Under the pieces are notes generated by a model. It searched no databases. It was not told where the DNA came from and worked only from the letters and a program-made list of their open reading frames with translations. Positions 12,639 to 23,239 of a stretch of DNA of 42,534 nucleotides are shown piece by piece. Positions within the stretch are counted from its first letter, which is position 1. Each line of letters starts with the position of its first letter. The translations under genes were made by a program, and so were the position numbers. Source of the DNA: Intoshia linei. Taxonomy: Eukaryota > Animalia > Orthonectida. The DNA lies in assembly GCA_001642005.1 (NCBI GenBank), contig LWCA01000189.1:1-42534 (forward strand), written 5' to 3'.

Positions 12639-15600
12639 ATGAGATTGGATACAATATTCTACGTTGTGGTGTATACCTTTCCTATTTTATTGAATTGCGA
12701 AAAATTATCAAATGCCAAAGACGGTATATATAAATGTTGTGTTGTAAAGTTTTTATAGTTAAAATATACAACATTAAGCAGGGATTTATTTTTACTCAAC
12801 GTACAAAGAACGAAATCAATTTGAATATTTTTTGTTTTGAAGGAGTAAACAAAAATGTTTCTCAACTTTGGACAACATTCAAGGTATTTCACATTTAAAA
12901 TTTAAAAAACTTTTTATAATTTTATTTAGCTTAATTGTAATTTTAAAGACGACTTCAAGATTTTTGAGAATTCTAACGAATCGGCAGTGTATGACATGTA
13001 CCATTCTAGTTTATCTAGTTTTTTTAACATTAACATTTTCAAAAAGAATAATATTATCATGAAACCTCATTCAAAATGGTGCGTTGGTGTTGTGGCGTTT
13101 GAAAGTTATCAATGCGGATTCAAAACAATACGTTTATATTGTTTTAATTTTTCTATAACTATTTTAGACATTGACTTGTATTTGTTCATTTCTTTCGTTA
13201 TTGGATTAGTTTTACTTGTCTATTCGGCCCATCTCAGTAGGTAATTTCAATTATTTTGTTTTTAACTTGTACAATATTTATTTTTAACATTTTAGAAATA
13301 TAATGTTTTATTATGGGTGTGGGATGACAATTGGGTTGTTTACATCTATTCTGATTACATTTTTCATTTTCTACCGATTTATACCGGGGCGGGTAATATT
13401 CAGAAATAATATCTACTAATCAACATTTTAGAGTTTTTTTGGATACCCATTGCTGTTCGGTGGAGTTTCTGTTTACTTATATATTATCAAACAGATAGTT
13501 GTGAATTTTCAATGGATTATTCAAAATTATTCAATTTACCTCATTTCTTATATATCAACCATTTTAGCGTTCAGTTTTGCATTTTTATATTATCGAGGGC
13601 CCATCAAAAATGAACGAGGATTTGATTTGATCAATTGGACGCTTCAATTATTTGGAATTATTTTAATTTATTTTGGTTCCAATTTGCTCTATATTTCAAT
13701 ATTCACCGTATTTATTCTCTATTTATTAAAGATGATGTTGCGTATTAATATTTATCATTATTTTAAAATGTATCTTCCCTCAATCCGGTAATTTTTTTAA
13801 AGTAGTGTTCGACTTTGTCCATTCAATATAGAATTTGATCAATTTTATTTTTTAAGCATAGATTTTTCTTCGTTGATCCTAGAAACCCATTTATTGACTG
13901 CTGATTTAATATTTTAACAAATGTCAATAAATATACTGGCTTATTTTGAGTAAAAAATCACCTACGTCCAATTGTGTGTCGTATACGACTTTCCCAACCG
14001 CTCGCCTACCTAATTGTATGATAACTTCCAATAGAGCAATTTGTACATCATTGAGAAGTATTGTTGAAAAACTTTAATATAAATTACCACTTTTTACCTG
14101 TCGCAAGTTAAAATTTGGGAAATTCTGATAATTGACCACATCGTGTATTGTTCAAATCAGTGTTTCTCAACCTTTTTTACTGCGCGGAGCCCTTATGAAA
14201 TTTTCAAAAATTGCGGCACCTAAAAATATGATCAAATTTTTTTTTCGCATGTCGCATATATAAAACAATTTGATTTTTAATTAAAAAATTACGCTTCAAA
14301 TATTGAAAACAAATTTTTTAATAAAGAAATTTATATTTCCTTCTCAATAAGAATGGTATTTAAAATTTATCTAAGAGCTTTTTCATTTCAGTTTTCTTAT
14401 AACTTTCTAATTAAAAAAAGTCTATTTTATTTATAAATGGAAAGCTTCTTCGCCACCAAAATTTAAATACTTATAATTTTCTGGGAAACTTCTAATCATA
14501 CCCTTCTCGAGGTTTGATTATCAGTGGTGGATGGTACTCTTATAAATAACATCCTAAATTTTTTAAAGTCCTTTTTTTAAGAGTTAATAACGCACTGTTG
14601 CCAAGTTCTCTGATGTCCCTACAAGGAGTAGGGAACACACGGAATTTAACCGGTAAAACCAGTTGCCTCCCTCACACTACGAAGAAGCATCCAGGCTCGT
14701 GAGAGATAACTTTTTAGTTAAATATCATTATAAAGAGAAAAGTAACTTATTTAAATTATTTCAAGAGAGTTGGACTAGTAAAAACCCACCTTATTTACAA
14801 TATTTCTCATAAAGATAATCTGAATTATTATTACTTTTGAACATCATTTTTCAGGTTCCCATACTCACAACGTATAATAATTTTTTGATTTAAATTTGAG
14901 AAATTATGTTGTTTCATTGCATACAACAGTAATTTAGAAAACTTTAAAGTTGAAAAATATCGCATTTATATTTCATGAAACCTCAATTAAATTTCGCGGA
15001 ACACGGGTTGAGAACCATTAGTTTAAACAAATAAAAATTAAATCACGGTATAATCCACATTCAAATATTTTGATCTAAAAACCACTAAAATAGTTAATTT
15101 TATTTCATATTCCTGCAATCAATTTAATTAGACGGCCTAGCAAGATGCCTATTAAAACATTTTTAACTTTTGATGAATATCAAATGGAAGCCGAAGAAAA
15201 AACAAAGGAAGAACTAGAAAAGTTACGACAACATTGTAAAGATATGAAAATTAATAGCTGGGATATCATTGGAAAAATAAATGACCCAAAGGCGTAACAA
15301 TTAAATATATTTTTTTCGTGGCCCCAATTATTATGAATTCATTTTTAAATTTTGAAGTGTTATGCCGAGGTTTTAGAATATTATTTTTTATATGTTATAT
15401 TGTGTTATATTTATCCGCCACATTATGATAAGGTTTATCGTATGTGGTGACATTGGTTTTTAAAAATAAAAGTCAAATTATTTACAAATACACTCCGTTT
15501 CAAAAATAGCGCAACATTATTAAAAGCTCTGTAATAATTTTTACAATTATTTTTGTGCTCACGGATTATATTTGATTAGTACAAATGATATTACATTATA

Positions 15601-18600
15601 TTTAATTTAAATAATCACAAAATATTTTAATTAAAAAATGTTATAGCAAAAAAACTAAATTTTAAATAATAAATGTTGTTTCAAAAATAACGCAACTTTT
15701 CAATTATCATCCATTGTTACACTTTATTTGATATTAATTATAATTATTTTTTTTATTTAATGATCACATGATATTTTTGTACATCACAATTATACAATAT
15801 TTAATTTTTAGCTTAATGACAGATAGAAAACCTCATTTATCTGAAGGGAACATTCAAAGGGTATTTATGATGCGATTAAACAATAATCATGGTCTGAAAT
15901 AGCGTCAACCTGTAATATTAATAAATCGACCATTCATAGAATCTTGAAAAAAGAAAATAATCCCGAAAAAAGAAGTAGGCCAACTAAAATAACACCTACC
16001 CTTGAACGATCGATAATAAGAAATGCATCTAATTCTACTCAATCTCTAAGGGATATTGCTGAAATTACTGGAAATTGTGTATCACCTACTACTGTATGGC
16101 GAGTTTTAAAAAAATCTGCCATTATTAAACTTGAAAGAATAAAAAAAGCTTCTTTATTGACGTTAATTCATAAGCAAAAAAAGATGGAATTTGCAAGAGT
16201 AAATATTGACAGAAATTGTGGGAAAATGTTTTTCCGATGAGAAGAGTCTTTCTTTTGATGGGCCTGATGGGTATGCTTTTTACTGGCATGATGTGAGAAA
16301 GGAGAGCCTTGAAAAACATAAGAGGCAAAGTAGAGGTGGTATAATCATGGTATGGGTTGGGTTTTGGGCTAACGGGAAGACATCTATCTTATTTATTAAT
16401 TGTAAAATGGATTTCATTTATTACCAGAATATGATTAGCACAAATTTATTGTCCCATAAGGAAATTTTTGATGTTTATCAACGAGACAATGCACCCATAC
16501 ATGTTTCAAATTCATCAAAAATTTTTTTTATGACTAAGAATGTTGAGTTATTGTCTTGGCCTTTAATGTCACCGGACCTGAACCCCATTGAAAATCTTTG
16601 GAGAATTATGACTAGGGCATTATATAAGAACAATATAAATTATTATTTGATTGATACTCTACAAAGGGTAATTAAGAAGGAATGGGATAGTATTAGCCCT
16701 GACACCTTGAAGAAATTAGTTGATTCTCTGAATGGTCGTATTTTTAAGTTAAGGTCAATAGATCGTTTTTTCACGAATATTAGTAAAACTTATTTTATAT
16801 AATTTAGATTTAAAAAAAGTTGCGTTATTTTTGAAACACTTTTTAATTGTAAAAATTATTAAACTTTTTGATAAATTGGGTTTATATATATTTTTGTTTT
16901 ACATCATTTCTTAGAAAAATATAATATATGTAAACATAAGTGTTTAGTTACATTAATTGTATCGTTACAAGTTTGTATTTTCTCAATTTATTATTTTGTG
17001 AGTTTTTAAAAATTAACAAATACGAGTTGCGTTATTTTTGAAATGGAGTGTAATATAATTTTTTATACAAGTGATTTAAAATGCGCAGATTTGTATTCTA
17101 GCGAAGCATGAACGTCAATTGATTAATAAATATTATCAAAGGAGGAAATTGCAAAAATATAAAAATTTTTATATTAAATATTAATTGTTAACAATTAATA
17201 ATAATTCATGCTTTAAATTTTCTATACAAAATATTTGAAAATTCAACGATCATTCATATTTAAGGAATATTATATTTTATTTATCTTCATATTATTCACA
17301 TTCTACTGCTCAGGGTTTTTTTTTTTATTATTTATAAATAATTTTTTCGGAATTGTTCATTTTGCAACCCAGTCTTTGCCATGTGGGTGGCTTTTTTATT
17401 TTTTCGAAAAAATGTTAAAATTCACACCCTAATAATCATATTAAAATTAAAAGTTTTACCTTAACTTAAGGCTTGGTAAAATTGGATTTTTTATTTTGAG
17501 GTTGGATTAAAAAGTTTTTCAATAAAATTGTTAGAAGGAGATTTTTACATAAAGGGCTTAAAGCGATATTTTTTATTAAGTTATTAATTTAGCGATCGTC
17601 TAGGCCAGTGGTTCCCAAATTTTTTCCACCATGGGCCACTTGCCACAAAAAAATGTGTAATCACAATCATACTTATTGCGAGTTAACAGTGTCGTATGCG
17701 AGATTCCTCGGTGGAAGGATCTCGACGAAATTTTTTTTAAAATGGCGACTTTAATTTATTTTTTTTGTAAATTGAGCATTAAAAAAATTCTTGAATATCA
17801 ACTAATTATAGTGTTAAATTTAAAATGTCAACTCAAAACTCTTAGAAAGGTGAATGGGGTTATATGACATTATAATTCGTTTACAAAATTTTTTAATGGG
17901 CTATTTTTCATTTTTGAAGTGGTGACGGGCTTGATAGATTTGATTCCGGAAACTACAATTGAACTAAGTTAAATTGTTACGTAGATTAAATTTATTCACG
18001 TTATTCAGTAAATTTTCACTTTATTTTGATTAAATGATGTTTACGTTCACTAATAATAATTGATCGATACAATTCTAATTTATTATTATTATTGTTAAAA
18101 AAGGTTATCTTTACGTTATTTAAAAATTTATCTTGTGGACCACCAGTGGTCCATGTGGATCACTTTGGGAACTATTGGTCTATGCTTTGGAGGAAAAATA
18201 TTAACATTTATCCACTCTGCAATAATGTATTTTACAAAAATAAAATAATTTTTGTAATTTTGCTGCTAATAAAAACAGAAATGCTGGTGACACCTTTGTC
18301 CATCAAGGATGCGTTACAAAAAAGTTTAAGAGCCACTGATATAACTCCACAATAGTAAAAAAATTAAACTGAACAGTGAGACATTGAATTCAGATTCATT
18401 TTTAACTTAAAAAAATAATTTTTGATTTGATTACCGTGTCAGCGGGTAATAATAATCATTAATAAGATTTTAATGTTTTTTTAATTCCATCAGTGTGCAA
18501 TTGTTTCTGACATGTTTCAGTAACGTCAGATAATTATTCAATGTAGAGTCACGATTCGAATGATCATTCCATTTTCATAAAATGAAATACTGACTACATA

Positions 18601-18760
18601 ATTTAGATTTGCTAGCTTTGTGACTGGAGATTCACACATCTCAGAAGAAGAATACTTAAATTATAGTAGCTACCAATTCTACTCTAGTGATTGTGAAGAC
18701 AATTCTGAAAATACAACATATTCATCAAATGATTATCCTCATTCTAATCAAAATTTGTAA
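12639..18760 (+). CDS. NEMP1: Nuclear envelope integral membrane protein (NEMP1/TMEM194); multi-exon
   Basis: Signal-like start MRLDTIFYVVVYTFPILLNC. Motifs LSR|NIMFYYGCGMTIG, FSFAFLYYRGPIKNERGFDLINWTLQLFG and FLTFDEYQMEAEEKTKEELEKLRQHC (15132-15293). Last exon FASFVTGDSHISEEE.. (18607-18760) follows a 3.3-kb intron. Confidence 0.92.
14158..15020. mobile_element. hAT-type MITE family C, long copy (in NEMP1 intron)
   Basis: TIRs cagtgtttctcaacc / ggttgagaaccatta; flanks gttcaaat / gtttaaac. The first ~195 bp and last ~100 bp match the reverse complement of 31233-31611. Confidence 0.85.
15491..17050 (+). mobile_element. Full-length Tc1-family transposon (1560 bp) in the last NEMP1 intron
   Basis: TA on both sides. 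25-bp TIRs cactccgtttcaaaaatagcgcaac / gttgcgttatttttgaaatggagtg, with internal copies of the TIR core at ~15677-15696 and 16819-16838. Confidence 0.95.
15816..16802 (+). pseudogene. Tc1/Tc3-like DD34E transposase with at least two frameshifts
   Basis: ATG at 15816; HTH region with RSRPTKIT; catalytic FSDEK, QRDNAPIH and SPDLNPIENLW, with 34 residues between D and E. Frame changes near 15885 and 16220. Confidence 0.92.
17606..18177. mobile_element. hAT-type MITE family A, copy 2
   Basis: TIRs cagtggttcccaaa / tttgggaactattg; 8-bp TSD gtctaggc / gtctatgc; homologous to 10376-11101. Confidence 0.9.
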
Positions 18761-18791
18761 ATTTGAATGATTAAAAATATTGAAATTTAAT

Positions 18792-20552
18792 TTAATGATT
18801 GTTTTGAAATTTTTCTATAGAAGCTATACAAGATTTAATATTACTGTCCGTATGTTCAATCTTTGGACAACTATTGACAAATTTTTGAGTTTTCGCGTAA
18901 ATATCTACAAAATTTTGGGAATTGGAATGTGATTTTTGTAAAATTTTGTGAGCTTTTTTAACTAGATTAAACAAAATATTACAATTTTGTGTCAACAACA
19001 CATTTTTTGTAGTGGTTTCGGTTAGTTGTTGTTTAACTCGTTCATAATCCAATTTTACATGCCCAACAACATCCTGAGCAGCAATAGATGCAATCGAAAG
19101 GCTTTGATTTGAAATATCCATATCCGAATCATTTTCAACAGAGTCACAATTGAGATCGCTTAACGACAAGTGATGTTCCAAATTGGTTTCATTAACTTGT
19201 TCAGCTATGGTAGACAAATTTTGAGGTACCTTAAGAGTCGAATCCAGAGAATTGGAAGGTAATTGAGTTTCATTCAATGAAAATTCGGTACTAGTCATAT
19301 TGAGAATGAGCTGTGCGACCTTGCTTCTGACCATTTCTCTATTATTCTCATCTACATTGTTAATCAATTGTTTAATTTGATCAATGACAGTATTGTAATC
19401 ATTCTGATCAACATTAAATAAAACTTGGAACGTTTTGTTAATAATACTGGCATTTTGTTCATCGAGAGGTAGATCGTAAAAAGAGGCCAAATAGCTATCA
19501 TTAAAACTTGAAATTTTGGATATATTGTTGACATTTTCGGAATTAACTTTTCGTTGATAAGAATTTATTTTATTCATGCCGATGATGGGAGTCGACACAA
19601 ATTCATTAAAATTGGGATTTGAAAAAAGAGTAAGTCTGCGTTGATACATTGTTTCAGCGTTTTTAAAGTTTGGGATACATTCTTTTATGCGGCGGTATAG
19701 AGAATTTGTTTGTATCAAGTATGGAGTGAGAAAATTAATGGATTCTCTTTTAACGTGATCTGAGTTTAATGATTTTGGTGTTTTGTAGGAAGCCATATTG
19801 AGAGATAAATCAGTACTCTTGTAAATTTTTGATAAAAGTAAATCATCATTGTCAACGGAAGATTTACACATTTTTGAACTCATTTTTTGATTTATCCATT
19901 TTGACAATAACTCAATTTTTGAATTATTAATTTCTATTTTCGGAGTATTAACATTTTTTTTCAGGCTCATGTTGGACATTGTATCGAAAAAATTTAACGC
20001 AATGTCGACAAATAAACTCATGATTGAATAATTTATGTAATCGTTAATGTTTTCGTCTTTTTTGTTTATACCAGTTTGATCATTTTTACTTCCTGTGTTC
20101 AAATCTTGTACATTGCTATTATTGTTTGCATTTAATTCGGCAATTTGAAAATACAAATCTTCCATAATTTGTCCTTTATTTTTAATGTCACTGGTCAATT
20201 TATCATTCTCCAGTTCAATTTTTGTATATTTATCCAACAAAATGTTATATTCTTTTATGCTAATAACAGTTTCGTTTACATCTTCATTGTTCAAGGAAGG
20301 CTCACGATTCGAATGGTCGTTCCATTTCCTTTTACTAGTTAAATTTCGTAAATTAAACAATTCCAAATTCAAATTAAAATTTTGTTTCTTCAATAACTGG
20401 ATTTGTTTTTCATAGTGCTTGATAGTGTTATGCACGAAATTTTTTTCACACGGTTCGTTCAAATTTGGATTTGATGATGATGTTGAAAATTCACCTCCTT
20501 CAGTAGGTATTATACTCAAACGATTGATATCAAAACTACCATTATTATCCAT
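18792..20552 (-). CDS. Centrosomin/CDK5RAP2/myomegalin-family protein (CM1 and CM2-like motifs), 586 aa, single exon
   Basis: N-terminal TIKHYEKQIQLLKKQNFNLNLELFNL resembles CM1 (MKDFENQITELKKENFNLKLRIYFL). C-terminal DVVGHVKLDYERVKQQL and LVKKAHKILQKSHSN resemble the family's C-terminal/CM2 segments. Confidence 0.7.
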   Translation of the reverse strand: MDNNGSFDINRLSIIPTEGGEFSTSSSNPNLNEPCEKNFVHNTIKHYEKQIQLLKKQNFNLNLELFNLRNLTSKRKWNDHSNREPSLNNEDVNETVISIKEYNILLDKYTKIELENDKLTSDIKNKGQIMEDLYFQIAELNANNNSNVQDLNTGSKNDQTGINKKDENINDYINYSIMSLFVDIALNFFDTMSNMSLKKNVNTPKIEINNSKIELLSKWINQKMSSKMCKSSVDNDDLLLSKIYKSTDLSLNMASYKTPKSLNSDHVKRESINFLTPYLIQTNSLYRRIKECIPNFKNAETMYQRRLTLFSNPNFNEFVSTPIIGMNKINSYQRKVNSENVNNISKISSFNDSYLASFYDLPLDEQNASIINKTFQVLFNVDQNDYNTVIDQIKQLINNVDENNREMVRSKVAQLILNMTSTEFSLNETQLPSNSLDSTLKVPQNLSTIAEQVNETNLEHHLSLSDLNCDSVENDSDMDISNQSLSIASIAAQDVVGHVKLDYERVKQQLTETTTKNVLLTQNCNILFNLVKKAHKILQKSHSNSQNFVDIYAKTQKFVNSCPKIEHTDSNIKSCIASIEKFQNNH

Positions 20553-20792
20553 TATTGCGCCAATTATAAACTATCAGTGTTGCTATTCACAATCAGTCAA
20601 AATGTACAACTTTAATTCATAATTTTGTATACATGTCGTCATGTGAGTGTATAATATAGTATAAGTTATAATAACTTTGTTATTGTCAAGATATACAAAA
20701 ACAAAGTTATATGTATAATACTGTAACATGACGACGTGTATACAAAACTGATTGTGTTATCAATTGAACATAAATTACATGGTAGTTTAAAT
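20553..20792. promoter_or_regulatory. Putative bidirectional promoter between centrosomin-like gene and CDK11
   Basis: Only 240 bp separate the two divergent ATGs (20552 on -, 20793 on +). Positional inference only. Confidence 0.45.
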
Positions 20793-23043
20793 ATGAGAAA
20801 AAAAAAAGTAAAAAATTCTGATGATAGTATTTCTAGTGAAGATTTTGATATTGCTTTAAAGTATGCCGAGATTGCAACCACTATTAATGTGGTAAAAGTT
20901 AACAAAAAAAGAAAAGTTGTTAGGAAATCTAAAGATTTAAAGAAAAGTAAATTCGATACTAGTTCATCTTCCGGCAACGATAAATATAAAAAATTATATC
21001 ATGATGAATCGAGCGATTCTTCTGAAAGTGATTTTGCATATATTCGGAACAGTTTAAATAGTTTGGAAGATAAAAAAATTAAAAATTCAGGGTCTTCAAG
21101 CTCTACACCACACAGGTATTATTTAATACTAGCTTTTTGAATCTATTAATCAGTATTAGCAATTGCCGTTAAATTGACCTTACCAGTATTTTCTTGGTCG
21201 ACTAAACGCCGAAATCACCTCATATCGTGAATCCTAAACTTTTTTCATTTTTTCCAATTTTTACACTCCAACCCAAATTAAAAAACTAGATTTCTATCAT
21301 GTTTATAATATTTTAAATAAAAAATTTAGAAGAAATTCTAACCACAGAAAAGTTGCATTATCCAAAAAAACATACGACGACATATCTGATGAAGACATGT
21401 CAGATTCAAGCTCAGAAAACAATAAAAGCAAGTCAATAGTAGATATATTTATAAAAAAAGAAAAGGAAAGTGTACCAATTAATCCCCCTCTACCCGAAGA
21501 AGACGAACCAGTACCAGAAAAAATAGATTCTATTGAATATCTTCCTTTGACTTCATCTGAATCTGAAACAGAATTGGGAAATGGTTTATTTTTAAACGAT
21601 TCCCCTAAAAAAACACTTCACATTGTTCAAGAAAAAATCAAAAAAATTGACGCAACTCTTGCACCAAAAACCATTTTAGATAAAATTAAATACTATTACC
21701 CGGGAATTGACGGTTGTCGAAATGTGGATGCATTTGAATTTTTAAATAGAATTGAAGAAGGAACGTACGGTGTTGTTTATCGCGCAAAATCAAAATGTAG
21801 CAATCGAATTGTTGCTTTGAAACGGTTAAAAATGGAAAAAGAAAAAGAAGGCTTCCCCATTACTTCACTGCGCGAAGTAATTTGTCTCTTAAAATCAAAA
21901 CATGAAAATGTTGTCAATGTACAAGAAATTGTGGTGGGTAGTAATATAGATAGAATTTACGTGGTTATGGATTATATTGAACATGATTTACGGTCTTTAC
22001 TCAAAACAATGAAGGAACCTTTTATGATTTCTGAAGTTAAGACCATTTTTCAACAAATTGTGCGTGGTGTCAATCATTTGCATGACAGTTGGATTATTCA
22101 TCGTGATTTAAAAACTTCAAACATTCTTCTTTCCCATAACGGTGTTGTAAAAGTTTGTATTTTTTTGAATGTTTTTATTTTATTTTAGTTGGCCGATTTT
22201 GGATTAGCACGTGAGTACGGTTCACCCTTGCTAGCGTATACTCCTATTGTTGTTACATTGTGGTATAGGGCTCCAGAATTACTGCTTGGTGCAAAGGTTT
22301 ATTTTTAAACTAAAATTAATTTCAATAACAATGATTAGTTTAATTTATTCTATGGTTGGGTTATTCACAGTAATGGTAGTAATTAAAAATTATATTTGTG
22401 TGTCAATAATTTGACTTATGTATAATATTTTTAGCTCTACAGCACGGCAATAGATGTATGGAGCTGTGGGTGTATTTTATCTGAAATAATAACAAAAAAA
22501 ACAATGTTTCCTGGGAAAGGCGAATTGGACCAACTAAATTTAATTTTCAAGACATTGGGCACACCAAACGAAAAAATTTGGCCAGGGTGTAAACAACTCA
22601 AAGGAATGAAAAATTATGCATTTGAAAAATTTCCATACAACACACTTCACACTAAATATGGAACAGATTTAACTATCCTTGGACTAGATTTATTGGATAG
22701 GTTAACGTAAAATTATATTGTACTAATTATCAATCTAGGACTTTATGCTACGACCCCAAAAAAAGGTTAACGGCTCAAGACATTTTAGACCACTCGTATT
22801 TTGAAGAACATCCGCTACCGATTGCAAGAGAAATGTTTCCAACGTGGCCAGCAAAAAGTGAACTTTGTGTTGCTCCAAAATCTGGTTTCACCACTCCTAA
22901 AGCTCCTAGAGGTGGTCGGTTCGATCAAGTATTTAAATCCATTTTTAAATTTAAATTTATTTTAGGAAGATTCGACATCTCGGTCTGGTTTCTTCCTAAG
23001 CTCTAAACGAGCACCTAGTACTGGATTCTCACTTAAATTTTAA
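20793..23043 (+). CDS. CDK11: Cyclin-dependent kinase 11 (PITSLRE); exons 20793-21115, 21330-22152, 22189-22296, 22435-22700, 22739-22928, 22966-23043 (~595 aa)
   Basis: Motifs [75 protein letters not shown] and C-terminal GFSLKF*. All intron phases are consistent. Confidence 0.97.
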
Positions 23044-23239
23044 ACTGTACTAAAAACTGTATATACTATAAATAAATATTGAGGTCGTATAATCTTTAAT
23101 ATGCTTGAGATATTTTTAGTTTTGTTTCGTCTCTATTGTTGACAATATTGTTACATTTGCAAATATTTAAAATATCGATTTTTATTGATTAAATATCCTA
23201 ATATTGAGATAATGCTTGATTAATAACTTTTGATTATTC

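Noticed and set aside
14612-14640. Hammerhead ribozyme (ctgatg-stem-gaac)
   Set aside because: The core is CUGAUGU/GAAC rather than CUGANGA/GAAA, and stems I and III are not evident.
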